Assembly: GCA_037305845.1 (NCBI GenBank)
Contig: CP147778.1
Coordinates: 864,001-928,000 of the forward strand
Origin: Candidatus Freyarchaeum deiterrae
GTDB lineage: Archaea; Asgardarchaeota; Jordiarchaeia; Jordiarchaeales; Jordiarchaeaceae
DNA length: 64,000 bases
Direction of reading: 5' to 3'
The notes beneath the pieces were generated by a model, which made no database searches, was not told the DNA's origin, and saw only the letters and a program-made list of their open reading frames with translations. A program made the position numbers and the translations under genes. Shown here piece by piece: positions 47,462 through 58,075 of this stretch; position 1 is the first letter of the stretch; the number at the start of each line of letters is the position of its first letter.

Positions 47462-48451
47462 TTACACTTTTTTCAGTTTCTTTGCAGCGTTTACCGACCA
47501 TTTAGGGTCTTTTAGGAATGCTCTTCCAATGAAAACCATGTCCACCTTTTTTTCTTTAATTACCTTGTCTGCAAATTCGGGATCAGTTATGCCGCCCCCA
47601 CCGATTACGGTGGCTTTGCCAGCTTTCTTAATTGCCTCAGCTTGAGGTATGAAGAATCCTTCCCCACTGAGACTCTGAGGCGATGCGCCGCATATTCCAC
47701 CAGAAACATTTATCGAATTGATTCCTGCCCAAACCAGTTCCTTAGCGAACACTTCGCTGTCTTCGATGGTTGTGCCCTCTGGAGCGAGATCAACTGACCC
47801 CAGACGGTATTCAAGGGGGAAACCCTTTCCTACAATCTCTCTGATTCTTGTTACTATCTGTAAGGGGAATCTTATTCTGTTCTTGAGAGAGCCACCGTAG
47901 TTATCCTTTCTTTTGTTTGTGATAGGTGAAACAAATTGGTTCAAGAGAAATCCGTGAGCCCCATGAATTTCTATGAGGTCGAATCCTGCAGACAAGGCTC
48001 TCTCCGCAGCCTTACCAAACTTTTCCACGAGACTCTCGATCTGACTCTCGATCAACTCTCGTGGAGTTTCCTTCCCTCCGGGAATGGATGAGGGAGCTAT
48101 TGGAGGTTCTCCCACGATGCTAGAAGATGCTTTTCCTCCCGCATGGTTTATTTGAATACCTATTGCTGTGCCGTAGTCGTGTACCGCTTTGACGAGTTTC
48201 TTTAGTCCAGGGATGAGGGTATCGCTGTATATTCCCATCTGGCCCTTATTTAATCTACCAACAGGTTCAACATAATTGTGCTCCGTGATTATTATTCCGG
48301 TTTTTTCCGCCCGGTCGGCATAATGTTTGATTAAATTATCGGTTACCTCTCCTTTCTGTTCTCCAGCTAAACCCGTAGCCATGGGCGCCATTAATATTCT
48401 GTTTTTAATCTCCAAAGAATTGATTTTTATTAAATCGAACAATCCCACCAA
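47462..48451 (-). CDS. NADH:flavin oxidoreductase (Old Yellow Enzyme family)
   Basis: KNRILMAPM, QINHAG, EIHGAHGFLLNQF, YGGSLKNR. Confidence 0.92.
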   Translation of the reverse strand: MVGLFDLIKINSLEIKNRILMAPMATGLAGEQKGEVTDNLIKHYADRAEKTGIIITEHNYVEPVGRLNKGQMGIYSDTLIPGLKKLVKAVHDYGTAIGIQINHAGGKASSSIVGEPPIAPSSIPGGKETPRELIESQIESLVEKFGKAAERALSAGFDLIEIHGAHGFLLNQFVSPITNKRKDNYGGSLKNRIRFPLQIVTRIREIVGKGFPLEYRLGSVDLAPEGTTIEDSEVFAKELVWAGINSINVSGGICGASPQSLSGEGFFIPQAEAIKKAGKATVIGGGGITDPEFADKVIKEKKVDMVFIGRAFLKDPKWSVNAAKKLKKV

Positions 48452-48666
48452 TCAAATCACCTTCAGTATAAGAAGGGCACCTACCCGCTTCAAAAAAATT
48501 TCCCTCACTAAAGTTGGTTTAAGAAATTGGAAATGATAGTTTGGTAAGTCTCTGGATATCGTTTTTTCCTTTTTCGCCAGCTCAAATCCATTCTTTAACC
48601 AGAAATGCTTATAAATTTTAAATTTGAAAATATCTACTAAATATAAGATTAGAGGAGGAGGATAGA

Positions 48667-48984
48667 ATGGCAGCACGTCAATCAAAAGTCGCATTTACTA
48701 TGGATAATGCTAAAAAATGCATCTGCGGTAAATGCCCAGTTCAGGCCAATAGCAAGTGTGTAAAGAATTTGCAGGCAAAATTAATGGAAACATTGAAAAA
48801 TCCGAAGGCGACGCCCAAGCCTAAAGAGATGCCTGGGTTTTACTGTTCTGCCGGTAAAGCTTCGTGTAAAGACCTTGACACAAAGAAAGCTTGCATTTGT
48901 GCTACATGTCCTGTCTTTGCAGACTTCAAGTTAGCAAGTGGAAAACCAGTTGGTTATTACTGCAGAGATGGAAGATCCATGTAA
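48667..48984 (+). CDS. Cys-rich small protein (DUF2769-like)
   Basis: CICGKCP, YCSAGKASC, CICATCPV, YYC..G. Confidence 0.78.
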   Translation: MAARQSKVAFTMDNAKKCICGKCPVQANSKCVKNLQAKLMETLKNPKATPKPKEMPGFYCSAGKASCKDLDTKKACICATCPVFADFKLASGKPVGYYCRDGRSM

Positions 48985-49145
48985 TAACTATGCAGGAAAG
49001 TAAGTCAAGAGCAGTAATGCAGTAAAAATTTTTCTCCTAATTTTTCTTTTTTAATCTAGCCAAGTTCTCAACACTTAACCAAGCGGGAGTATTAATCAGC
49101 TTAATTGTTCTTTTCATTAGTGGTTTAAAAATATCTAGAAAATTT

Positions 49146-50024
49146 CTATAAGCGTCGTTGTTTTTCTTGGCGCAATGGTACTTTTCCCGATTTTTGTAGT
49201 GCTAGGTCGATTACCTCTAGTAATTCTTTCTTGTCTTGGGGTAGTGCCCCGCCTATAGGCAGGTAATTGGAGGCATGGTTGCTTCTAAAAACACAATTGG
49301 TGAGTTCAAGGTTTTCGACAAGTAGACGCATTTCTTGCAGAATTTCCTGTAAGTTTAATAACTGAAATTTTCCTTCCTGAACCTCTCTGTGTAAAGAAGT
49401 TCCGGGCACCACCATTAGTGTTAGTGCCCCAATGTACTGGGGATCAATGCGATTAAGCACTTTTGCAGTTTCTATCGCATTTTCTCTCCATCTCTCCTTG
49501 CCTCCCAAGCCTAAAATTATGGTTACTGAGAGCGTAATTCCTGCGTTAATTATTTTTTTGCAGCCTTCAATGGTTTGCTCAGCATTTACCCCTTTATGCA
49601 CCCTTTCCAGAATTACGTCGTCACCGGATTCTACACCGAGATAAGCTATTTTTAAACCTGCTTTGTAGAGCTCTCGGAGATCTTCCTCGGATTTTCTGAT
49701 TGCATCCGCAGCGCAAGCGTACACTCCTACTCTATCTAGGTGGGGGAACACGGCGTATAGCAGGCTTAGTAGTTCTATTAGGTCTTCGGTTTTCATGCAT
49801 AGGGCGTTGCCGTCTAGGAGAAACACTCTCCGAATTTCTTCTCCGTAGAGAGACCGAGCTTCAAGTATATCCTCTTCGATTTCTTCCAGGGGGCGTATGC
49901 CGAATTTTTTTATTAGGTTGGAACCGCAGAACGTGCAGGTGTTGTTGGCGCAGCCTATAGTTGCCTGTAAAAGTAGGCTTTGTCCTTCTGATGGCGGTCG
50001 GAAAACCGGTTCTTCGTAACGCAA
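49146..50024 (-). CDS. Radical SAM protein
   Basis: RPPSE, CANNTCTFC (CxxxCxxC-like), GVESGDD, FRSNHASNY. Confidence 0.88.
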   Translation of the reverse strand: MRYEEPVFRPPSEGQSLLLQATIGCANNTCTFCGSNLIKKFGIRPLEEIEEDILEARSLYGEEIRRVFLLDGNALCMKTEDLIELLSLLYAVFPHLDRVGVYACAADAIRKSEEDLRELYKAGLKIAYLGVESGDDVILERVHKGVNAEQTIEGCKKIINAGITLSVTIILGLGGKERWRENAIETAKVLNRIDPQYIGALTLMVVPGTSLHREVQEGKFQLLNLQEILQEMRLLVENLELTNCVFRSNHASNYLPIGGALPQDKKELLEVIDLALQKSGKVPLRQEKQRRL

Positions 50025-50153
50025 TTATGCTCACCACAGGTTTAAGCTACTAAAGATTTAAATAATTTATATTTTTATCTAACGCTTCGGATAATTGTTC
50101 AAAACTACTAAAAACTCGAGCGTTGCGGCCTGTGTGAAGTTTATATTATTGTT

Positions 50154-50882
50154 GTGTTTGTAGTAGATGATAGGACGATAAAGATGAAATCATTTGACTT
50201 TGTGGTTAGAGTTGGCGGGAGTCTTTCTAGAAGCAAATTGATTATGAGGAAACTATTCGAGGAACTCGCGGTAATTTCTAAGAACCATAAATTACTCGTG
50301 GTTCCGGGTGGTGGTCCTTTCGCGGATATGGTTCGTAGGATTTATTATAAGTTCAATATTTCCGAGGATGCTGCTCACTGGATGGCTATTCTAGCTATGG
50401 ACCAGATGGGGTACTTCTTTTCCGATTTTCATCCTAATATTAGGGTCGTTGATGAGATTAAGGAAGCTAATCAAGTAACCCGTGGTTTGATTCCTGTTTT
50501 GACTCCCTCTAGGATAATGATTGATGAAGACCCTCTACCTCATTCTTGGGATGTAACTTCTGATTCTATAGCAGCTTATATCGCACACATCACCGGTACC
50601 AAAAAATTATTTATTCTAACCGATGTTGACGGAGTATTTACTTCCGATCCTAAATCCAGCCCTGATGCAAGGTTGGTGTATGAGATTTCGGCGGAGGAGC
50701 TTGCTAGTAAAAATATTTGTAGCAGTGTTGACAAAAAGTTTCCGAGCTTGGTTTCAGAGTATGGATTAGAGTGCCTGGTTCTTAATGGAAAACACCCTGA
50801 GCGAGTAACTCAAGCTTTAAACAACAAAAAGGTTAAGGGAACCACTATATACTCTTCTGCTACTCGTAAGATAACCAATTAA
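50154..50882 (+). CDS. mfnE: Amino-acid-kinase-fold protein, probable methanofuran pathway kinase
   Basis: VGGSL, VPGGGPFAD, AHWMAILAMDQ, PHSWDVTSDSIA, TDVDG; near mfnB. Confidence 0.75.
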   Translation: MFVVDDRTIKMKSFDFVVRVGGSLSRSKLIMRKLFEELAVISKNHKLLVVPGGGPFADMVRRIYYKFNISEDAAHWMAILAMDQMGYFFSDFHPNIRVVDEIKEANQVTRGLIPVLTPSRIMIDEDPLPHSWDVTSDSIAAYIAHITGTKKLFILTDVDGVFTSDPKSSPDARLVYEISAEELASKNICSSVDKKFPSLVSEYGLECLVLNGKHPERVTQALNNKKVKGTTIYSSATRKITN

Positions 50883-50937
50883 CCTAGTATAAACTGGGAA
50901 GAAATAACTAGCTTGGTTTGGTCTTCATTTGTAGGTT

Positions 50938-51648
50938 TTAGACCGTGAACTCTTTTATTATGAGTTTGGGTTGGTCTATGACCTTTTTGATGGGGGACGT
51001 CAGCCAGTAAATTGAGGTTCGCCAATCTACCTCAACGTAGCCTCTTAATTCTAGCCAGTTTAAGTGTTGACGGAGAGCCCTCGCATCTATGTTCAAGTCT
51101 TCCCGCAATAATTCGATTCCTTTAACTTCTCCATCGTGGCGCATCATTAATTTTAAAAGGTTTAACTCTTTCTGGACGGTGATCAGTAGTAGGACCCGTA
51201 GTGCGTTTTCAACGTTTTGACCAGTTTTTGCAATCGTTGGGACGATATAAACTTCTGAGGGAATTTCTAAAGCTTCTCTTATTTGCGCCACTTTGCGTGC
51301 ATTGGGGAGATCCTGTTTATTCGCCACGACAGTTATTGAGACTCCTGGTAGGAATTCTTGAATTTCCTTCCATATAGTTTTAGCCTCTTGGTCCGAGTTT
51401 TTATCCTGACTGTCAACCATGAAGAGGACGCCGTCGGCTCCTTTGGATAAAATCTGTCGTAGGATTTTGAAGTGTTTTAATCCAGGAGTTCCAAACAGAT
51501 TAATCCTCAAGTCTTCAATATTTGCTATCCCGTAGTCAAGTGCTACTGTTGTGTTTTTTTTGTCTATACTGATGCTTTTACCTTGGGTTAGATTTCTTAT
51601 TATGGTAGATTTTCCGGAATGATAACTACCAGTGACCAAGATTTTCAA
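50938..51648 (-). CDS. MglA-like small GTPase with C-terminal winged helix
   Basis: GSYHSGKS, TTVALDYG, FGTPG, NKQD; C-terminal LREDLNID...LRQHLNWLELRGYV...YWLT. Confidence 0.82.
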   Translation of the reverse strand: MKILVTGSYHSGKSTIIRNLTQGKSISIDKKNTTVALDYGIANIEDLRINLFGTPGLKHFKILRQILSKGADGVLFMVDSQDKNSDQEAKTIWKEIQEFLPGVSITVVANKQDLPNARKVAQIREALEIPSEVYIVPTIAKTGQNVENALRVLLLITVQKELNLLKLMMRHDGEVKGIELLREDLNIDARALRQHLNWLELRGYVEVDWRTSIYWLTSPIKKVIDQPKLIIKEFTV

Positions 51649-51787
51649 CGAACCGCCTCACTTTCTAAGAGTTTAGTTATATAATAAAAGGTTAAAGAAG
51701 TTAAAAAACCTTTGTTTATTGATGATTTTCCCTAAAAAAAAGAGCAATTCATAATAATTCGCTAATCATTTGATGTCATCAATAAGC

Positions 51788-52537
51788 TTATAGAACTTTG
51801 AATTGTGTGACTTCGTGTAATATATTTGATAGTTCTTGAACTCTTCCCCGAACGATTTTTCCCTGTCTGTTTGATTTTTCACACGCCGCGCCTCTTATGC
51901 CCACAACATCTGCGCCAAAATCGCGGATCAGGGGGAGCTCTACCTTTTTTATTGAGCCTGCTAGGGCAACTAGAACATTCTTATCATGGGCTTCTTTGAC
52001 AAAGTTTTCGACAGTATCCCAGGACCATAAATCGAGCAAACCCTCGCCGTCTTTAATCGCCGTGTCAACCATTGCAACATCGGCTCCCGCTTCCGAAGTT
52101 ATTTGAGGAATCAAGGATGGGTCTATAGCGTTTATTTTGTGCGCATCAGCGTATCCGGCTATCACAACCTTGATGTTTGGATTATAATCCTTGACGCTTC
52201 TTACGACTTGTTTTGCAAAGTAGAGGGCGTCTTGATAAATATTTACACCATGTAATCCCACTTTTACATAATTCGCGCCACTCACTGCTGCCCCTAGAGC
52301 GGCTAGGGACGCTGTTCCGGGTTTGTTTGGGAAGTCTCCGATAGCGGCGCTGACTTCCAGCTCTATAGGGGTTATTTCTCTTATTCGTCGAATTATCGAG
52401 GGAAAATTGGCTCCTAGAGAGCCTTCTGAGGGGTTCTTTACATCTATAATGTCAGCTTTGCCGGCTATAGCTTCTAGAGCTTCTTCCTCATCCTTTGGAC
52501 TGATAAGTAATTTCAATTGATTCACAATCCTCCTCAA
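51788..52537 (-). CDS. mfnB: (5-formylfuran-3-yl)methyl phosphate synthase
   Basis: LLISP..EEA, IIDVKNPSEGSLGANFP, YVKVGL, MVDTAIKDG, ALAGS, GIRGAAC. Confidence 0.92.
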   Translation of the reverse strand: MRRIVNQLKLLISPKDEEEALEAIAGKADIIDVKNPSEGSLGANFPSIIRRIREITPIELEVSAAIGDFPNKPGTASLAALGAAVSGANYVKVGLHGVNIYQDALYFAKQVVRSVKDYNPNIKVVIAGYADAHKINAIDPSLIPQITSEAGADVAMVDTAIKDGEGLLDLWSWDTVENFVKEAHDKNVLVALAGSIKKVELPLIRDFGADVVGIRGAACEKSNRQGKIVRGRVQELSNILHEVTQFKVL

Positions 52538-52729
52538 AGTAAGCTTACCATATTTAGAAGTGGGTTCTTAACGCGTCTTGGGTCTGGTTATTAATTGCGT
52601 GTATTTTTTACTAAATGAGACTCAACTTTTAAGCTTTCTTCTTGGAGTTAAAGAGTAGTAAAAGGTAATTTGCGGTATTCACTCTTTATTAGGTTAGGGA
52701 AATAAAAGAAGGAGTATGTTATTTTCCGA

Positions 52730-55144
52730 TTAGGCTTCTTTGAGTTTTCTTGAATAGCCTAAAACTTTACTATATTCTTTTCCGATTTTTTCTGCTATTG
52801 CGGGTGCTATGTATCTTTCTATGTCGCCTTCCATTATGGTGCTGGGTCTGATTTTTGGGGATAGTTTACCTTCTCTCTGTAAATCAGCTAGTAGGTTTTT
52901 TATCTCTTTTAATGCTTCATCGTAGGTTATTTTTTCAACTTCGGCGCGTTTAAAGCTTGTGTGTATTGTATTTATAGATAGGTAGTAGAATTTGGCGAGA
53001 GCTTCCATGTTTCCCAGCTTGACTGGTGTAACCGATCCATGATTCGGACAATAAGATTTCTCCAACTCCTTACTACAGAGGGGGCACACGGTTTTCCCAG
53101 TTTCTGTACGCAGATAGAAGATTATCATTGCTGAGGTTCTGCGGTTATCATCTTCAGTCCAAGCTAACTGGGTTAGCTCTACACCGCTGATTGCTCTCAT
53201 GGCAACGTTTATCTTCTTTTCGATGAGACCTATTGGTTCGACTTTTTCGAATCTTTCCATTCTAGCGAGTTCTTTTTTCTTTTCTTCCTTCTCCTTTGCG
53301 TCACCTATGCGTTTTCTTCTTCCCTCTTGTATCGTGAGGTAGCGCTGTGTGAGGTCAAAAGCAGTAGCGTAACTTATTGGTGGAATCTTTTCTATTTTAA
53401 GGGGTTTCTCAACCACACCTAGAAAGGTGGGACTTGACGAACTTTTCAGTTCTTCCATTGATTCTTTAAGAGAGTTAATGCTGGTACGTGCCCATATGAA
53501 ACCATTTATCTGGTTAGAGTTCAGATGTGGGAATACATCTTCTAATTCTTTTTGGCGAATCATAATTAAATCGAAGAAAAGCTCCTCTTTTGAGGTTTTA
53601 AGGTTGGGTTCAGGTTCGTCTATAACTGTCTTGTAGATGACTCCAAATCGTTCAATATCTTTTCTTAGTCTCTCGTAGATTTCGACTATGCGGCTCACAT
53701 GTGTGAAAGTGTCTGAGATTAGTTTGTAGTAAGCGTCGTCATTAACTCGTCGGACGAATTCCTCTATTTGGCTTATTGCGGTCAATTCTTTTATGCTTCC
53801 GATGTTCAAGCCACTGAGAATCTGGTTAACCTTTTGCTCGGCTTCAAGAAGTTCTTTTAGTTCCTCTGGAGGAGGAGGCGTCATATATTTCTTAAGCTCT
53901 TTTAGTATAAGGTCATCTATGCCAGTTATCCCGCCTGCGGGTTTGGTGTAGGTCCATAAGGAAATCTTTCCCTCTTCTATTTTGTAACCCTGGCCTTTGA
54001 GGCGGGGTATTACGTTTTTGACTAGCGTGTTTCGTATTCTGAGAAGACGGTTTAGTCTCTCAATCGTATAATTGAAGTCCTTGGCACTAATTTTAGTCTC
54101 TTCCAGTTTTTTGGTTAGTTTATCAACGGGGAGCGTGAGTGAGGAACATAAAGTATACCAATCGTCGAATCCTTGTTGTTTCATTCGGTGTTGAATATCT
54201 TCCCGGGTCTCATCCAATAGATACATGAGGAACGATTCGAGCATAACTGGTTCGGCGGCTTTTTTAATTACCTCATTTCTAATAATTTTACTAGCCATCT
54301 CGTATAGGTCGTTTAACGGTGTCTTTTTTGCATCATAATCATCAAATAGTTTTAGAAGTTCTAGTTTCAATTTGCATACATCGATGTAAGCTTTTAAATC
54401 CAATTCTTTTTGTGGTATATTTTTCATCAGGTTTTCAGTTACTACTGAAGAAGTATTTTCCAAGTTCTCGACATCAGTCGTTAGACTTTCGAGGTTAATC
54501 ATCTCTTCTAGTTTACTTTTTAATTCTTTGTAAGTTGATATTTCGGTGCACTCCTCATCATGAGAACCTTTGATATCTTCTTCAAGTTCCATAGGTTTTG
54601 GTTTGAATCCATACGCCAGTTTTATCTTCTCTACCCTGATCGGTGGGGCGAGATAGCTTATGTTTCCCAAAAAGTCAATAAAATGTGTTTTAGGGTACTT
54701 GTTGTATATTTCAATTAATTTTTCTTGAATTAGTTTCTGAAGTTTGCTTTTGGACTCACCCTTAAGCCTTATTTTTGCAGCCTCTGACTGAATTTCTATT
54801 TGCCGTCTTAACAGCTCTCGTTCTTTTTGAAATGAATCAGCCAAAAGGAGGTCTACTTCGTAATAGAGTTGGTCCAACTGTCTTTTAGCTAATCCTGCCT
54901 GTTCTTCAGGCGGGATACTTTCACCTGATGCCAGATCAATCGTGTGTATACCGCGATAGTGGTAAATGTAAGATACCACTGCAGCTTTAACAAAATCGGA
55001 GAAAATGGCTCTCTCTCCCACTATCGAGATCAGGTATTTCTGCTCCGGTTCAGATTTTAAGCGCGTGGCTAAGACTTGCCTCACGACAAGTTCTTGAGCT
55101 ACTTCTCTTAACAACATTCGCTGTGAAGTTAACCAATCAGACAT
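52730..55144 (-). CDS. Large alpha-helical hypothetical protein with a C-terminal zinc knuckle
   Basis: 804-aa ORF, predominantly helical, CPLC-x8-CPNH; 4 nt downstream of the 914-aa gene. Confidence 0.75.
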   Translation of the reverse strand: MSDWLTSQRMLLREVAQELVVRQVLATRLKSEPEQKYLISIVGERAIFSDFVKAAVVSYIYHYRGIHTIDLASGESIPPEEQAGLAKRQLDQLYYEVDLLLADSFQKERELLRRQIEIQSEAAKIRLKGESKSKLQKLIQEKLIEIYNKYPKTHFIDFLGNISYLAPPIRVEKIKLAYGFKPKPMELEEDIKGSHDEECTEISTYKELKSKLEEMINLESLTTDVENLENTSSVVTENLMKNIPQKELDLKAYIDVCKLKLELLKLFDDYDAKKTPLNDLYEMASKIIRNEVIKKAAEPVMLESFLMYLLDETREDIQHRMKQQGFDDWYTLCSSLTLPVDKLTKKLEETKISAKDFNYTIERLNRLLRIRNTLVKNVIPRLKGQGYKIEEGKISLWTYTKPAGGITGIDDLILKELKKYMTPPPPEELKELLEAEQKVNQILSGLNIGSIKELTAISQIEEFVRRVNDDAYYKLISDTFTHVSRIVEIYERLRKDIERFGVIYKTVIDEPEPNLKTSKEELFFDLIMIRQKELEDVFPHLNSNQINGFIWARTSINSLKESMEELKSSSSPTFLGVVEKPLKIEKIPPISYATAFDLTQRYLTIQEGRRKRIGDAKEKEEKKKELARMERFEKVEPIGLIEKKINVAMRAISGVELTQLAWTEDDNRRTSAMIIFYLRTETGKTVCPLCSKELEKSYCPNHGSVTPVKLGNMEALAKFYYLSINTIHTSFKRAEVEKITYDEALKEIKNLLADLQREGKLSPKIRPSTIMEGDIERYIAPAIAEKIGKEYSKVLGYSRKLKEA

Positions 55145-55148
55145 TCCA

Positions 55149-57893
55149 TCACTCTCCCTTTTTTACATGCGTCTTCATCCAATTATTTCCAATCGAAAGC
55201 CTGACTCGGCCGGGAGCCGAGTAATCGTATAGAACGAGATACTCCAAGCTCTGATCATCCTTGTTTCTAAGATATAGTCTTGTAGGTTGGGGTAAAAGTC
55301 CGCTGAAAGCTTTCAGATAAGTGTACTCGATATAATCAGGTAGTCCTTCAATAAAAACAGTCGGCGTTCTAGGTTGAATTTCTAAAGACTTCATTGAATC
55401 CATAAACTTGTTTATTTCGGGCTTAAAGAGCCTAGATGTGTCTTTGCTTAAATTCAACATGTCCGAATAAGTGCTCATAAGAGTATTTACCGCTTGCAAT
55501 AAGGTTTCAAGCCGAGCTATTTGGGCATTATATTCACTAATTTGCGCTTCCAGCGATTTTAAATCGGCTAAGAGTTGGTTATAAGCTGGTTCGAGGCCGT
55601 TTATTTGCTCATTTATTTGCTTTAACTGATTCTGTAGGATTTGCACATCCTTAGCCATTTTTTCAATATCGGCATTTAGTTTTTCAATGGAAGAACGAAG
55701 ATTAGTGGTTTGGATTTGCAAATCTGCGTCGCTTCTTCCTCCCGCAACAGTGGCTTTTATGGCTTTGAGTCTTTGTATCTCTGCTTCTATTTTATCAATT
55801 AATTGTCTTTTAGCTTCTATCTCTTCACGGAGCCGTATTGGTGTTTCCTGCTTTACTTTTATTTCCTCTTCGATCTTCTTTCTAATATTAACTTTAGCGT
55901 CTATATCGCTTTTCACAACTTTAAGTTGCTGTTCAGTGCTGTACATCCGGTTTCTCAATTCTTCTATCTTGTTATTCCACTGTTGAATTTCGTGTTCTAT
56001 ACTTTGGTTCACTTCTCTCAAATGGTTGAGAGGCGCGTACTCTCCGCTTCCCTTTTCTATCTGATCACTAACGAAATTTACGAAGCTCTTTATTAATTTG
56101 AAAGCTGATAATTTTTTTTCCTCTACCTCTTCTTTAAACTTGGCAATCCATATTTGTGCTAATTCTTTCCACTGTGGGTATTCTTCAAACTCGGGTTCAA
56201 TATAACTTGAAAAAGCGTCAGGGAATTCATCTGTTGAGAGTTTATCCTGTTTCTTTTTTATAAATTTGGGAAGCACGTCGTAACTCAATATATAATCTGC
56301 AAGGCCGGGAACCACATCGTTCATTCTGTTGATTATACTCTCTTTAGTATTTTTCAAAAACGCTTGCACTTCGGATCCCACTTTTTCTGTGGTAGTATTA
56401 CTTGCAATTTCTAAGAGTTGTATGGGAGGAATTATGCTCTCTCTATAACCGAATCTCAGAGCAGTATCAAGGATATCACTCTTAACCGTGTTTTTGAGTC
56501 CTTCTTCTGTCCAGTTTGTCGGTCCGATTAGCGCGTATTTGCCCTCTATCTCGTTTCCAAAAAATAACTTGAACTCATCCAAGTATTTTTTTAGAAGCCC
56601 TGTTCGTGTTTCATCCTTCCTCAAGCTCTCAAAAAATCTTTGGAAGATTTGCTCTGCCAACTCCTTTTCACATTTGGTTGCCAGGAAAGCGAATAGAGCG
56701 TGATCAAAAACATCGAGCGCTCTCTTCGCATGTACCATAAAGTATGCCAAATCACCTTTGAATTCCCATGCCCAGATTTCTTTAGTACCTTCCCCGTATT
56801 CGGATATAAGATACTCCTGAAAAGCATTCCCCAAATAAGTCATTAGGGGAGCAGTGTTACTCTCATTCTTACCTATCATTTTTTCAAGGCTTTCTATATG
56901 ACCAGCTATTTTTAATTTTGCACCGCTCTGTATAAATGTGTTTCCTTTCTCTTCAAATCTATCAAGAACTTCGTTACACTCCTTGAGGAACTCTTTCTCT
57001 GAGTCTAGAAGCCGTCTGGGTTGCTGTGCGGATACGTTTTCCAGTCTTTTACTAAAGTCGTTAAACAAGGCCTCGACAACGTTTTTTTCCACAACTTCAA
57101 TGGTGTAGTCGTTAATCAGCGAAAGAATCTCTCTTCCTAATGCTCCTAGATCATCCATTAAAGTTTTGATGGCGGTCTTCGTAAATATCATGGTCTGGAG
57201 ATGTTCAAGTAGAGCTTCATCCGGGGCGGAGAGATCTTGAATGGTCACTTTGTCAACAGTGGCCTTAAACCCTGCGGGTCTTAAAGAGTAATCAATTTCG
57301 AAGTTTCCTGTGACCACTGTGTCAATATCAATTCCAATATGTTTGATAAAATCTCTACCGTATTTTTCACGATACTTCTTCTGGATTACTTCTCCTTGAA
57401 CGCGTTTTGTAAAACGATCAACAAACTTTTCTAAAACGTTAGCTCCCTCTGATTTAAGTTTTAAACCGGATACGGAGCATGCTTCTTCTATGTCATATAG
57501 CTTCTTGTTTAATTCGTCGGCTAGGTCGATTGATCGAATTATATCCACCAAGCCCTTTTCCTGTTCTAAAAGAACCAAGAAGTTTGAATTTTCTTCATGG
57601 AACCCCATGTTTAATAACAACACTTCGGGTAGTGTACCGCCCTTAGTCATCCTCAAGAGTTCAAACTCCGCTGCTCGAAGTTCAACTCCACTCTCTTCTC
57701 CGATTAAATGATTTAGTTTATGTATTAATTCTCCGATGTGTGACGCTAACGTTTTAGCTCTGGCTAATGAAACAGTTTCCGGCCCAGCTAGAGAGCCGAA
57801 AGAGCCAGTGTTATTTGAAGTATATCCGAAAACGGAAACGACAGCCTTTTTTAAGGCTTCAGCGGTGCTAGGTGCAGCTTCTCTACGTGACAT
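55149..57893 (-). CDS. Large hypothetical protein: putative N-terminal longin-like domain, helical core, ~190-aa coiled coil
   Basis: 914-aa ORF; heptad pattern over about residues 620-810; beta-beta-alpha-beta-beta-beta-alpha-alpha pattern at the N-terminus. Confidence 0.7.
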   Translation of the reverse strand: MSRREAAPSTAEALKKAVVSVFGYTSNNTGSFGSLAGPETVSLARAKTLASHIGELIHKLNHLIGEESGVELRAAEFELLRMTKGGTLPEVLLLNMGFHEENSNFLVLLEQEKGLVDIIRSIDLADELNKKLYDIEEACSVSGLKLKSEGANVLEKFVDRFTKRVQGEVIQKKYREKYGRDFIKHIGIDIDTVVTGNFEIDYSLRPAGFKATVDKVTIQDLSAPDEALLEHLQTMIFTKTAIKTLMDDLGALGREILSLINDYTIEVVEKNVVEALFNDFSKRLENVSAQQPRRLLDSEKEFLKECNEVLDRFEEKGNTFIQSGAKLKIAGHIESLEKMIGKNESNTAPLMTYLGNAFQEYLISEYGEGTKEIWAWEFKGDLAYFMVHAKRALDVFDHALFAFLATKCEKELAEQIFQRFFESLRKDETRTGLLKKYLDEFKLFFGNEIEGKYALIGPTNWTEEGLKNTVKSDILDTALRFGYRESIIPPIQLLEIASNTTTEKVGSEVQAFLKNTKESIINRMNDVVPGLADYILSYDVLPKFIKKKQDKLSTDEFPDAFSSYIEPEFEEYPQWKELAQIWIAKFKEEVEEKKLSAFKLIKSFVNFVSDQIEKGSGEYAPLNHLREVNQSIEHEIQQWNNKIEELRNRMYSTEQQLKVVKSDIDAKVNIRKKIEEEIKVKQETPIRLREEIEAKRQLIDKIEAEIQRLKAIKATVAGGRSDADLQIQTTNLRSSIEKLNADIEKMAKDVQILQNQLKQINEQINGLEPAYNQLLADLKSLEAQISEYNAQIARLETLLQAVNTLMSTYSDMLNLSKDTSRLFKPEINKFMDSMKSLEIQPRTPTVFIEGLPDYIEYTYLKAFSGLLPQPTRLYLRNKDDQSLEYLVLYDYSAPGRVRLSIGNNWMKTHVKKGE

Positions 57894-58075
57894 GGTTAAC
57901 CCTCACTTCTCGAAATGATTTTAATTTAAAATATGTCCTTTAGAATTATTTAACGTTTCTCACAGGAATCGATTCGCAAATTTATCTCTTCTAGAAACAT
58001 TTCCGTAGGCGCTCCTTGCTCAAAACGAAAGAATCTTAAATTCAGATTGTATTCATAATTTACAAGGTGTAAGTA

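Noticed and set aside
55149-57893. SMC/Rad50 ATPase as the missing HerA-NurA partner
   Set aside because: No Walker A/B, signature motif, zinc hook or hinge; the coiled coil is short and C-terminal.
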